Positions 39,042 through 49,803 of a stretch of 64,000 bases of DNA are shown here, piece by piece. Position 1 is the stretch's first letter; the number at the start of each line of letters is the position of its first letter. The notes below the pieces were generated by a model, which had not been told where the DNA came from, did not search any database, and saw only the letters and a program-made list of their open reading frames with translations. The stretch spans positions 2,829-66,828 of the forward strand of contig JABHVM010000040.1 of NCBI GenBank assembly GCA_018658305.1, written 5' to 3'. Position numbers and translations under genes: made by a program. The DNA comes from Thiotrichales bacterium (GTDB lineage: Bacteria > Pseudomonadota > Gammaproteobacteria > GCF-002020875).

Positions 39042-41798
39042 TTAATGCGCCTCATCCCAATTTTTACCCTTACCTACATCTACGATAAGTGGAACTGACA
39101 GTTCTGCTGCGCACTCCATCTGCTCGCGTACCATCTGAGTAAGCGCATCCTCTCTCCCTTTCGCCACTTCAAAGACAAGTTCATCGTGTACTTGCATCAC
39201 CATTTTCGCCTCAAAATCACCCTCTTGCAGTGCACTATCAACGCTGATCATTGCTCGCTTGATGATATCTGCGGCAGTGCCCTGCATCGGGGCGTTGATG
39301 GCGGTGCGTTCAGCATATTGGCGGCGCTGTCCATTTCGTGAATTAATCTCCGGCAGGTAGAGCCTACGCCCAAACAGGGTTTCGACAAAACCATCGGTTT
39401 TTGCCTGCTCTCGAGTTTCATCCATATATCTTTTCACTCCTGGATAACGATCAAAATAGATCTCAATATAGCCCTGTGCTGCACCACGACTGATCCCTAA
39501 TTGCTTAGCGAGTCCAAAAGCTGACATTCCGTAGATCAGCCCAAAGTTAATTGCTTTGGCTCTGCGACGCTGTTCACGATCAACTTCATCTAGCGCCACT
39601 CCAAACACCTCTGCGGCAGTGGCGCTATGCACATCTCTCCCTTCGATAAACGCAGCAACCAACCCCTCATCTTCTGAGAGGTGCGCCATAATACGAAGTT
39701 CAATCTGTGAGTAGTCAGCAGCAACAAGGATATTTCCCTCCTCCGCAATAAAGGCTTGACGAATTTTTCGCCCCTCTTCACTCCGGATTGGAATATTTTG
39801 TAGATTAGGATCTGAAGAAGAGAGCCGCCCCGTTACCGCGACTGCCTGATGGTAGGAGGTATGCACCCGCCCTGTGCGCGGATTAATCTGTTTGGGTAGT
39901 TTGTCAGTGTAGGTTGACTTGAGCTTACTCATACTTCTATAGGCGAGAATCAGTTGTGGCAGAGTGTACTCTTCTGCCAGCTCTTGTAGCACTGACTCCG
40001 CGGTGGATGGCTGCCCTTTGGGGGTTTTTTTGAGAACCGGCAACCCCTGCTGCTCATAGAGAATTGCTTGAATCTGTTTCGGTGAGGCAAGATTAAATGG
40101 CTCACCCACTTCGGTAAATGCCTCTTTCTCAATCTCTGCGATTTTCACTGCGAGAACTTGACTCTGCTGCTGCAACATCTGCGCATTCAACGCGACACCG
40201 TTACGCTCCATCCGACCCAATACTTCGAGCAGTGGCATCTCCACTTCACGAAATAACTTCTCTCGTTTATACACCTCTCCATCTGTGCCACTCTTCAGTT
40301 TTTGCCATAGCGTCTGATGCAGACGCAGCGTTACCTCTGCATCTTCTGCCGCATAAGGGGCTGCCTGCTGAATTGGCACCTCATCAAAACGGAGCTGTTT
40401 TTTACCTTTACCTGCGACCTCCGCATAAGAGATTGTCTTCTGCCCCAGATATTTAAGTGCCAGTGAATCCATATCGTGACGGGTTGCGCTACTGTCGATC
40501 ACATAGGATTCCAACATAGTATCGTACTCAATACCGCGAAGTTCAATTCCATGATTAGCAAAGATAGTCGCATCATATTTTAGATTTTGCCCTACCTTGA
40601 GCGCCGTTGGATCTTCTAGCAGTGGACGCAGCTTCTCTAACGCCCCCTCTCGATTAAGCTGCTGCGGCGCCTCAAAATCTTGGTGCGCCAGTGGGAGATA
40701 AGCCGCCTCTCCTGCCGCTACCGCAAAAGAGATACCTACCAACTCCGCCTCCATAGGAAGTCGACTGGTGGTCTCTGTGTCAATTGCAAACAGTTCGGTA
40801 TCAGTCAGCTTCTCAATCCATACATCAAGAGCCTCTTCGGTGAAAATCGTATCCACATTCAGCTCTATTTTTTCAGCCGTCTCAATATGAGTGTTTGTTG
40901 AGTGATGAGTATCGGTTATCACTTTTCCTTCAAGCCCCTCTAGCCAACGCTTAAACTCTAACTCAGCATAGAGCTGAATCAGTTTTTCTCGATCCGCCTC
41001 AACTCGCTTCAAGGCTGTAGGCTCAACTCCTATATCAACATCACATTTAATTGTGACCAGTTCATACGAGAGCGGCATCTGCTCTAAACTATCATGCAGA
41101 TTCTCTCCGACCTTGCCACCAATCTCATCAGCGCGATCAAGAATATTTTCTAATGAACCAAATTTATCGAGCCACTTCACTGCGGTCTTAGGCCCTACTT
41201 TAGGCACACCTGGTACATTATCTGAGGTGTCTCCTATCAGCGCCAAGTAGTCAACAATCAATTCTGGTGGTACGCCAAACTTTTCTTTGACGCCTTCAAC
41301 CCCCATCTTCGTTCGGCTCATGGTGTTAATCAGGGTAACCGCTGGGGTGACGAGCTGCGCCATATCTTTATCCCCTGTTGAGATCAGCACCGAGAGTCCA
41401 GCTGCCTCCGCCTGCTTGGTCAGCGTACCAATGACATCGTCTGCCTCAACACCTAAGTGAATAATAATCGGATAGCCTAGCGCTTCAATAATCTGATGTA
41501 GCGGCTCAATCTGACTGCGCAACTCATCTGGCATTGGCGGGCGATTTGCTTTATAAGCAGGATAGAGATCGTTACGAAAAGTTTTACCTTTCGCGTCAAA
41601 AATGACTCCCACTTGCTGAGGATTGTACTCATCCATCAGACTGGTCAGCATATTAATCACTCCATAAATTGCGCCTGTCGGCTGCCCTTTGCTATTAGTC
41701 AATGGCGGGAGCGCATGAAAGGCGCGGAATAGATAGGAGGATCCATCAACCAGAATAAGGTCTGGTGAGATTTTAGATTCATTGGCTGTTTTGGTCAT
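39042..41798 (-). CDS. polA: DNA polymerase I
   Basis: 918 aa; 5'-3' exonuclease, 3'-5' exonuclease and family-A polymerase motifs (RRRAKAINFGLIYG, QVHDELVFE). Confidence 0.97.
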   Translation of the reverse strand: MTKTANESKISPDLILVDGSSYLFRAFHALPPLTNSKGQPTGAIYGVINMLTSLMDEYNPQQVGVIFDAKGKTFRNDLYPAYKANRPPMPDELRSQIEPLHQIIEALGYPIIIHLGVEADDVIGTLTKQAEAAGLSVLISTGDKDMAQLVTPAVTLINTMSRTKMGVEGVKEKFGVPPELIVDYLALIGDTSDNVPGVPKVGPKTAVKWLDKFGSLENILDRADEIGGKVGENLHDSLEQMPLSYELVTIKCDVDIGVEPTALKRVEADREKLIQLYAELEFKRWLEGLEGKVITDTHHSTNTHIETAEKIELNVDTIFTEEALDVWIEKLTDTELFAIDTETTSRLPMEAELVGISFAVAAGEAAYLPLAHQDFEAPQQLNREGALEKLRPLLEDPTALKVGQNLKYDATIFANHGIELRGIEYDTMLESYVIDSSATRHDMDSLALKYLGQKTISYAEVAGKGKKQLRFDEVPIQQAAPYAAEDAEVTLRLHQTLWQKLKSGTDGEVYKREKLFREVEMPLLEVLGRMERNGVALNAQMLQQQSQVLAVKIAEIEKEAFTEVGEPFNLASPKQIQAILYEQQGLPVLKKTPKGQPSTAESVLQELAEEYTLPQLILAYRSMSKLKSTYTDKLPKQINPRTGRVHTSYHQAVAVTGRLSSSDPNLQNIPIRSEEGRKIRQAFIAEEGNILVAADYSQIELRIMAHLSEDEGLVAAFIEGRDVHSATAAEVFGVALDEVDREQRRRAKAINFGLIYGMSAFGLAKQLGISRGAAQGYIEIYFDRYPGVKRYMDETREQAKTDGFVETLFGRRLYLPEINSRNGQRRQYAERTAINAPMQGTAADIIKRAMISVDSALQEGDFEAKMVMQVHDELVFEVAKGREDALTQMVREQMECAAELSVPLIVDVGKGKNWDEAH

Positions 41799-41844
41799 TA
41801 CAAATAGAACTCTTGCTAAATTTAGCGTATCATTATACTACTAA

Positions 41845-42174
41845 GTGCTAAGTGACAACCTCAATACAATGGAACCTCTTATGAATCTAGTATATAAAAT
41901 TTTCTCAGTAATACTCTCTCTCGGCATCTTTGCTCAAGCGACTGCCAACGGAACGATGATGCCAATTCTTCCTCCAGAGATTCCTAAAAGTGCGTCACTA
42001 AAAGATGAACTCAATAGTGAGTATCATCCAACTGCTGCACAACGCAAATTCTCATACTCATTAGATAACGGAAGCAGTACTGGTTATTTAGACGTACCAA
42101 TGAATGGCATCAACTCTAATATGCAGCTACCTAAGTGGAAACTATTTAGCTGGGAAACATCAATTCCAGAGTAA
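41845..42174 (+). CDS. Hypothetical secreted protein (signal peptide), conserved neighbour of thrB
   Basis: ORF with a predicted signal peptide (IFSVILSLGIFAQATA); same position as the hypothetical gene between polA and thrB in Pseudomonas. Confidence 0.45.
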   Translation: MLSDNLNTMEPLMNLVYKIFSVILSLGIFAQATANGTMMPILPPEIPKSASLKDELNSEYHPTAAQRKFSYSLDNGSSTGYLDVPMNGINSNMQLPKWKLFSWETSIPE

Positions 42175-43127
42175 TGTCAGTCTACACCACAATATCAGAG
42201 AGCGATCTAAAAGATTTTCTGAGCCACTACAGTGTTGGAACGTTGGTCAGCTATGAGGGCATTAAAGCTGGCATAGAGAATACCAACTACTTTGTAACCA
42301 CCTCCACAGGTGAGTTTGTGCTCACAATATTTGAGCAACTAGAGTGGAATGAGCTCCCATACTTTATGGACATAATGGCATTTCTTGCTGAACACAAAGT
42401 ACCAAGCGCCCACCCTGTTGCCGATAAGATCGGAGGTTATCTGCGCAAGATAGAAGATAGAGAGACTAATACTCTTAAGCCTGTCGCACTTGTAGCTCGT
42501 CTAAGCGGCTCTGGCGTAGATAATCCAACCCCGCATCAGTGTGCGGAGCTTGGCGAGGCGCTAGGGAGAATGCATTCACTAGCTCATAACTTCAAAGGAG
42601 AGCGAACAAATCCTCGAGGAATTGAGTGGTGCAGAGAAGTTACCGCGAAACTAACCGATAAATTAACTACCGCAGAGCTATCGTTTCTCAATCAAGAGTT
42701 AGCGTTTCAAGCTACAACGGAGCGGAGTGACCTTCCTCAAGGAGTTATTCACGCCGATCTATTTAGAGATAATGCACTATTTATTGATGATCATCTTACG
42801 GGAATTATAGATTTCTACTACGCTTGTAATGACGCTCTGCTATATGATATTGCAGTTACAGTAAATGATTGGTGCGTAAGTGAGAGCGGCTCTTTAGATC
42901 AAGAGCGCAGCACTAACCTTTTAGATAGCTATCAAACTAAACGCCAATTAACAGATCTTGAACGCAGAGAGTGGCGCGCTATGTTGCGAGCTGCTGCACT
43001 GCGTTTCTGGCTGTCACGACTTATAGACTTGCACTTTCCACGTCCAGGCGAAATGACACATATCAAGGATCCAGACATATTCCGTAAGATACTACTCTGG
43101 CATCGTGAAAATGAGATCAATCTTTAA
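42174..43127 (+). CDS. thrB: Homoserine kinase type II (APH-fold, Pseudomonas-type ThrB)
   Basis: 317 aa; aminoglycoside-phosphotransferase-like motifs (VIHADLFRDN, DFYYAC). Confidence 0.8.
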   Translation: MSVYTTISESDLKDFLSHYSVGTLVSYEGIKAGIENTNYFVTTSTGEFVLTIFEQLEWNELPYFMDIMAFLAEHKVPSAHPVADKIGGYLRKIEDRETNTLKPVALVARLSGSGVDNPTPHQCAELGEALGRMHSLAHNFKGERTNPRGIEWCREVTAKLTDKLTTAELSFLNQELAFQATTERSDLPQGVIHADLFRDNALFIDDHLTGIIDFYYACNDALLYDIAVTVNDWCVSESGSLDQERSTNLLDSYQTKRQLTDLERREWRAMLRAAALRFWLSRLIDLHFPRPGEMTHIKDPDIFRKILLWHRENEINL

Positions 43128-43258
43128 GTAGATCACTACAGAGCTGTGCAGATAATAAGAGTCATTTTATATACTTTTCAGCCATAATTGTCAGTAGTAA
43201 GCACTAAAATTCAGGTATAATTCCCCCACTCTAAATCGCATCATAGTGGTGTGATTAA

Positions 43259-43933
<675 letters not shown>

Positions 43934-43970
43934 AAAAAGCTAGATCAGCTGTAACTATTCAGCTAAAGAT

Positions 43971-43998
43971 AAAAAGCCGCTCATTGAGCGGCTTTTTT
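43971..43998. terminator. Bidirectional rho-independent terminator between convergent adk and hemE
   Basis: AAAAAGCCGCTC-ATTG-AGCGGCTTTTTT: GC-rich 7-bp stem flanked by an A-tract and a T-tract. Confidence 0.8.
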
Positions 43999-44083
43999 GA
44001 TATTCAGCCTACCAATACACTACCCCAAAACCTCTGACAACTTTTTATCTTATGATTTTAGTCCGTATTAGGTTAACTAAATA

Positions 44084-45145
44084 TTAGTGGTATTGCTTAC
44101 TCAACTCATGCACCGCATCAACAAATACCCCTGCATTCTCTGGTGAGACATGCTGATGGATACCGTGTCCTAAGTTAAACACGTGCCCTGATCCTTTTCC
44201 GTATCTGCTCAAGATTGTTGCCACCTCTTCACGAATTCTTTCTGGTGTGCCGTAGAGTAGTGATGGATCCATATTGCCTTGTAGTGCCACTTTATCGCCA
44301 ACTTGCGCTCTTGCATTTCCGATATCGACTGTCCAGTCGAGTCCAAGTCCGTCACAGCCTGTCTCTGCCATGGCATCTAACCAGAGACCACCGCCTTTGG
44401 TGAATAGAATTACAGGGACTTTTCGTCCATCATTTTCACGAGTCAGCCCATCTACAATCTGCTGCATGTACTGTAGCGAGAACTCTTTGTATGCATCATG
44501 TGAAAGTGCGCCACCCCAACTATCAAAGATCATCACGGTCTGCGCACCTGCTGCTATCTGTGCGTTGAGGTAGCTAGTGACTGAGCGTGCGGTAACATCT
44601 AAAATTTTATGAAGAAGTTTAGGGTCGGAGTAGAGCATCGCTTTGGTGATCGCGTAATCTTTGCTCGATTTCCCTTCAACCATATAAGTGGCAAGCGTCC
44701 ATGGGCTACCCGCAAAACCGATCAGTGGCACATCTCCATTAAGCTCTCTACGGATAGTGCGCACCGCATTCATCACATATTGAAGCTCTCCCTCTGGATC
44801 AGGAACGAAGAGTTTATCGACATCTGCCGCAGTACGCACAGGTCTCTCAAAGTTAGGCCCCTCGCCCTCTGCAAAATAGAGACCTAACCCCATTGCATCA
44901 GGGACGGTCAAAATATCAGAAAAGAGAATTGCTGCATCAAGCGGAAAGCGTCTCAGCGGCTGTAGTGTTACTTCACAAGCAAGCTCTGCATTGCGACAGA
45001 GATCCATAAAACTTCCAGCTTCTGCACGCGTTGCTTTGTACTCTGGAAGGTAGCGTCCTGCTTGACGCATCATCCAGACTGGGGTTATATCGACTGGCTC
45101 ATTTGCAAGCGCCCTTAGAAAACGATCATTCTTTAATTCTGACAT
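44084..45145 (-). CDS. hemE: Uroporphyrinogen decarboxylase
   Basis: [27 protein letters not shown]-terminal signature. Confidence 0.95.
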   Translation of the reverse strand: MSELKNDRFLRALANEPVDITPVWMMRQAGRYLPEYKATRAEAGSFMDLCRNAELACEVTLQPLRRFPLDAAILFSDILTVPDAMGLGLYFAEGEGPNFERPVRTAADVDKLFVPDPEGELQYVMNAVRTIRRELNGDVPLIGFAGSPWTLATYMVEGKSSKDYAITKAMLYSDPKLLHKILDVTARSVTSYLNAQIAAGAQTVMIFDSWGGALSHDAYKEFSLQYMQQIVDGLTRENDGRKVPVILFTKGGGLWLDAMAETGCDGLGLDWTVDIGNARAQVGDKVALQGNMDPSLLYGTPERIREEVATILSRYGKGSGHVFNLGHGIHQHVSPENAGVFVDAVHELSKQYH

Positions 45146-45218
45146 ATAAATTATATTAACTCCTCTTCATTCTGTTATTATCTCAACCATAATTAACCAT
45201 TATACTTGAGACTAATAG

Positions 45219-46394
45219 ATGAGTACAAACATAAAATCTACCCCTCGTGAAATCACCACTCCATTCCGTCCTATTCCACTAGATGTTCCAGAGGGAATGA
45301 AGCCGAATGAGTTTTTCAATAGCACTGAAAACCTTAATGATCTTGAACATAATAATGGACTACTACGAAATCCAGAAAACTTACTACTCTATCGCAAGGC
45401 ACTTGGGCATAGCAATCTCTTTGATACCTCAATAATATACAACACATCAAAGACCATTCTAAATCCATTAGGAAGGCCGGTGCGTAGAACGCAAGTTTCA
45501 ACAGAGGTGAAGAGTGTCTGGAATCGTATGAATGAGATCATCATCAGCTATATGTTAGAGAAGTTTCCAGACCCCGATGACGCGCTTATCTTAGCTGGAG
45601 AGGCGAGCCTAGATGCGACTTGGTCACTTACCTCACCTGGAGTACCTAGTATCAGAATGCTCCACAACCACTTTATAGCCTTTGATAAGAGAGAGCTAAG
45701 AGAGGCTAAAATATCAGACCCAGCTAATCCTAATTTAACTGACGGAGGACAGCACAGTCTATTTCAATCATATATTAGTGATGTATATCGCGATTTCTTC
45801 ACTTTTTTAGATCTTAAAATTTTAAAACCAATTAATGAAACTGAAGCTAAGATTGAGGTGACAGGCTATCCGCAGGGTCTGCCAAGCTGGGAGATTACTG
45901 GCGGAGTTGCAGCACTAAAAGATATCTGTTTTTGGCGAGAGTATGATCTGATTCTAGAGGGTTTTATAGATTTCTATCGTACCTTCTTCACCCAAGTATC
46001 AACTCGTAATGCTCCAATACCAAAAGAGAGCAACTTCCCAGATCAGATTGAACGCAAACTTCTTTTTAATAACGATTTTCTTGCCGCAGCCAAAAAAGTG
46101 CGGGAGCAGTGTATTGTTGATCCCAAGTATGCTAACTCTATTCGCTGGCAGCCAGCTTTTAAACAGCTCATCTACCGTAATGATGAAGGTAAATTAATAG
46201 TAACTATAAGTCAAAACTCTATCGGAAATGCCATTACAGAACTACTTGGAGTTGTAGTAAAAAGAGATCCGAACGCTGAATCTTATGAGAATAGCGAGCC
46301 CGCTTTAATCGAACACTTACTAGAGGTGCGCCGCCGTCTAGTTGACGCTGACTTAGGTGAAGGAATTAAGACTGATTATTGGGGGAGAGAGTGA
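45219..46394 (+). CDS. Hypothetical protein, 391 aa, no recognisable domain
   Basis: Long cytoplasmic-looking ORF with no signal peptide or TM segment and no family motif I can place. Contains an HxH-hydrophobic patch (RMLHNHFIAF) faintly reminiscent of HIT-like nucleotidyl transferases. Confidence 0.45.
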   Translation: MSTNIKSTPREITTPFRPIPLDVPEGMKPNEFFNSTENLNDLEHNNGLLRNPENLLLYRKALGHSNLFDTSIIYNTSKTILNPLGRPVRRTQVSTEVKSVWNRMNEIIISYMLEKFPDPDDALILAGEASLDATWSLTSPGVPSIRMLHNHFIAFDKRELREAKISDPANPNLTDGGQHSLFQSYISDVYRDFFTFLDLKILKPINETEAKIEVTGYPQGLPSWEITGGVAALKDICFWREYDLILEGFIDFYRTFFTQVSTRNAPIPKESNFPDQIERKLLFNNDFLAAAKKVREQCIVDPKYANSIRWQPAFKQLIYRNDEGKLIVTISQNSIGNAITELLGVVVKRDPNAESYENSEPALIEHLLEVRRRLVDADLGEGIKTDYWGRE

Positions 46395-46404
46395 TCTTGA
46401 ATCA

Positions 46405-47043
46405 TCACCACAGCTCTATATAGTTTCGCAACTCGACTAACTTTCCATGAAAGAAATGAGTCGCACCTTTTATAGGTATAAACTTAACTCTATTCTGTTT
46501 TTTACTTAAACTCTCCACCCAGCTCTCCACCTGCGCAAAGGGGACCACCTCATCTTCCTCACCCATAACTATCAATGCAGAGGAGTCGATCCTCTCTATA
46601 ACTCCCATATCTGGATACATATTTACTGGTGGTGCCACTAGCAAAAGACGTTCGGCATTGAGTTTATTAGCTTGGAGCAGAGCTACTCTTGATCCGAAAG
46701 AGAATCCTCCAATCCAGAGCGGGAGCTCTGGATATCTCTGTTGCGCCCAATCAACTACAGCAATTAAATCTTGCTGCTCTCCAGCACCACTATCATGAAC
46801 ACCTTGACTTGCCCCAACCCCTCTAAAATTAAAACGCACAGAGATTACTCCCATATTTACTCCAGCTCTAGCTATTGTGTGAACAACTTTATTCTGCATA
46901 GTTCCATTATAGAGTGGATGAGGGTGAGCGATTACTAATAGAGCTTTTGGTTGATCGGCGCTATCTTTAGGAGGTGTCTCAACTAAAACCTCAAGATCAC
47001 CTACTGCTCCAGTAATTAACAACTGTTTAGATTGCAGCACCAT
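46405..47043 (-). CDS. Alpha/beta-hydrolase fold protein (COG2945-like)
   Basis: Nucleophile elbow GFSFGS; 212 aa. Confidence 0.7.
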   Translation of the reverse strand: MVLQSKQLLITGAVGDLEVLVETPPKDSADQPKALLVIAHPHPLYNGTMQNKVVHTIARAGVNMGVISVRFNFRGVGASQGVHDSGAGEQQDLIAVVDWAQQRYPELPLWIGGFSFGSRVALLQANKLNAERLLLVAPPVNMYPDMGVIERIDSSALIVMGEEDEVVPFAQVESWVESLSKKQNRVKFIPIKGATHFFHGKLVELRNYIELW

Positions 47044-47045
47044 AG

Positions 47046-47357
47046 CTATTTCAGCTTAAGCCTTTCAACTTCTCTTCCATTTATTATATGCTCATCTATA
47101 ATCTCATCTATATCCTCTCTATCCACATAGGTGTACCAGACATTATCTGGATAGACTACAACTGTCGGGCCTTCGCTACAGCGTCCCAGACAACTCGACT
47201 TATTGATTCTATACTGGTCTGGACCGTGCAGACCTAAATCTTGAACTCTCTGCTTTGCGTATTTGTGTAAAGCTGCGGAACCATGCCTACCGCACCCCTC
47301 ACTACCATCCTCAGCTTGGTATGTGCAAAAAAATAGATGTCTCTTGTAATAACTCAT
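47046..47357 (-). CDS. Thioredoxin-like [2Fe-2S] ferredoxin
   Basis: Four-cysteine pattern C-x(n)-C ... CLGRC matching thioredoxin-like 2Fe-2S ferredoxins; start at MSYYKRH (47357) rather than the listed 47426. Confidence 0.65.
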   Translation of the reverse strand: MSYYKRHLFFCTYQAEDGSEGCGRHGSAALHKYAKQRVQDLGLHGPDQYRINKSSCLGRCSEGPTVVVYPDNVWYTYVDREDIDEIIDEHIINGREVERLKLK

Positions 47358-47411
47358 AATATTTTTCCTATCAATCTCTCTTAAAAACAGGAAGCAGTAT
47401 ACAATATAGTA

Positions 47412-48590
47412 ATGTATCACAATCAACTTATTGAAGCTGCTGATCGCTGTGTACTCTGTGCACTATGCAGCAACCACTGCCCAACATATAAACTCTCTCG
47501 AGAAGAGGGCGAATCTCCACGCGGACGGGTGATGCTTGCTGCCGCACTTCTTAAAGGTGAGATAAAGGTTACAAAAAAACTAGAACAAAATTTCAGTCAC
47601 TGCCTCCTCTGCCGCGCTTGTGAAAGTGTCTGCCCATCAGAAGTTCCCTATAGCGAGATTATAGATGGGGTGAGAGACCGATTACCTATCCCACCATTAA
47701 GCTCTCGCCTACTTGAGTGGTTAGCACTACACCCGAAATTTATACTCCAGATAATTGCCATCGCAAACCTTTGGAAACGGCTAAAACTTCCTCTACCACT
47801 ACTAGCTAAAGCTGCATTACGCCATAATATAGCCAGACAAGATCAGTATAAAACAGCAGCTATAGTTACAAAAAAAAGAGGAAAGGTGGGGTTATTCTTA
47901 GGCTGTATCGCCTCACCTTTAGACAAAAGAACCCACCAAGATGCTGAGATACTTTTAACTAAACTTGGATTTGAAGTCGTTATCCCTAAACAGCAACACT
48001 GTTGTGGTGCTATCTCTCAACACCATGGAAACTCAAATAGAGTTAAAGAGTTGAATAGTAAAAACCGTATAGCATTTAATAAAGAAAATTTAGATGCGAT
48101 TATTTTCACCTCGTCAGGGTGTGGGACACAGCTTATTGAACATGGTTGGGAAGCAGCGCCCTCTATTGAAATATGTAACTTCCTACTAAACCAAAGTGAG
48201 ATTCATAAAATACCCCTCAAACCACTCGCGGCAAAAATATCTCTTCATCACCCCTGCTCTCTAACCAATGTGCTCAAAGGTAGTGCCGCAGTTGAAAGTT
48301 TAATCAGACTTATTCCAGAGATAAAACTCTCCCCTCTTGGCTCTAACTCAGATTGCTGTGGAGCTGGGGGAACTCATACTTTGCGTGAGCCACAGCGGGC
48401 AGATGCGATTCGCAAACCCAAAATAGATTCACTGCTAGAGTCAAACGCATCTATCCTCCTCTCCACAAATTTTGGCTGCGCTCTACATCTGACTGAAGGG
48501 ATATATAGAGCGCAACTTAAAAAAGGTGAAGATGCGGTTAATATAGAAGTAATGCATCCAGTATCATTAATAGTCCAACAGTTACAATAG
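47412..48590 (+). CDS. GlcF/GlpC-like Fe-S oxidoreductase subunit (two 4Fe-4S ferredoxin motifs plus two CCG domains)
   Basis: CVLCALCSNHCP and CLLCRACESVCP cluster motifs, followed by two Cys-rich CCG repeats (HCCGA, DCCGAGG). Confidence 0.75.
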   Translation: MYHNQLIEAADRCVLCALCSNHCPTYKLSREEGESPRGRVMLAAALLKGEIKVTKKLEQNFSHCLLCRACESVCPSEVPYSEIIDGVRDRLPIPPLSSRLLEWLALHPKFILQIIAIANLWKRLKLPLPLLAKAALRHNIARQDQYKTAAIVTKKRGKVGLFLGCIASPLDKRTHQDAEILLTKLGFEVVIPKQQHCCGAISQHHGNSNRVKELNSKNRIAFNKENLDAIIFTSSGCGTQLIEHGWEAAPSIEICNFLLNQSEIHKIPLKPLAAKISLHHPCSLTNVLKGSAAVESLIRLIPEIKLSPLGSNSDCCGAGGTHTLREPQRADAIRKPKIDSLLESNASILLSTNFGCALHLTEGIYRAQLKKGEDAVNIEVMHPVSLIVQQLQ

Positions 48591-48653
48591 ATAAAAAAAT
48601 TAACTATAAGAAAGTTGAATTATTATTGTACTTAAAGTAGTATCTTTCATATT

Positions 48654-49703
48654 ATGCATACCACTAAAGATCCCATTCTTACTACTGCGATAGAATTAAC
48701 TGAACAAGATGATCACTTAGCTCTGCGCCAAACTCTTATTGATGGAGTTAAGCACTCTACTGGGGTAGAGAATGTATCACTCTTTGAGATGAAAGTTAAC
48801 TATGATAGTGATAAAGAGGAGAGGGAGGAAGAGGGGAAGCAAGCAATCATCTACTATCGGAATGCGATGGATCAAAATGCTCTCTTTAAAAACATCGAAC
48901 AACGAAAGATGATGCATGAAGCATTAAAAAAGAGAGCCGTCCGCTCCGACACAAACCCCAACAATCGAAATAAGCGCTACGCAATACCTATTCTAGGAGG
49001 AGTTATTAGTGAAATACTCTCGGTTGAAACCAATAAAATCTCTGAAAATAGTTTTCATACTATTGATTTTTTAGTCAAGATCTATCGCAACTATATGCTC
49101 CTCTTAAACAAGTATGAGCGGGATGCCCTGACTGGACTACTCAACCGGCGCTCCTTCGAAGAGCGTCTTAATCGCTGCATTAACCAGATGCTTGAGACAA
49201 CTCTCAAAGAGAAAGATGCAGCGGAAAAAGGTCAATCAATTCCTACCGAAGAGATACCGCACCTTGCAGTACTAGACATTGACCATTTCAAACTAGTCAA
49301 CGATACTTACGGACATCTCTATGGAGATGATGTACTCCTACTCTTTTCTAACAAAATGAAAGAGAGTTTCTCTGCAGAGACTAGTCTCTACCGTTTTGGT
49401 GGTGAGGAGTTTGTGGTAGTTATGAATTCAAGTAAAAGTAATGCCCTAGCAGAGTTAGAGAAGTTTAGAAAAGAGATTGAAAGATTTAACTTCCCCCAGG
49501 TTGGAACTGTAACGGTCAGTATAGGGTTTACACAAATAGATGATGGCTGCACAGTATCAAGTTCAATTATTGATCGTGCAGATCAAGCTCTCTACTACGC
49601 TAAAGAGCATGGAAGAAATCGCACCTGCTCATACGATGAACTAATCAAGAGTGGAGAGCTGGTAAAGAAAACTATTGAAGAGGGAGAGACTGAGCTTTTT
49701 TGA
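48654..49703 (+). CDS. Cytoplasmic GGDEF-domain diguanylate cyclase (GGEEF variant) with an N-terminal sensory domain
   Basis: ALTGLLNRRSFEERL, DIDHFKLVNDTYGH, RFGGEEFVV, ALYYAKEHGRNR. Confidence 0.85.
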   Translation: MHTTKDPILTTAIELTEQDDHLALRQTLIDGVKHSTGVENVSLFEMKVNYDSDKEEREEEGKQAIIYYRNAMDQNALFKNIEQRKMMHEALKKRAVRSDTNPNNRNKRYAIPILGGVISEILSVETNKISENSFHTIDFLVKIYRNYMLLLNKYERDALTGLLNRRSFEERLNRCINQMLETTLKEKDAAEKGQSIPTEEIPHLAVLDIDHFKLVNDTYGHLYGDDVLLLFSNKMKESFSAETSLYRFGGEEFVVVMNSSKSNALAELEKFRKEIERFNFPQVGTVTVSIGFTQIDDGCTVSSSIIDRADQALYYAKEHGRNRTCSYDELIKSGELVKKTIEEGETELF

Positions 49704-49803
49704 CAGCCAGAATATATCTTTGAAAACTGCCCCATATTGTGTATAATTCTGCTCGTATTTGGTCAATCAAACCTTAACCTACTTATTCAAGGAACAGTTA
49801 ACT

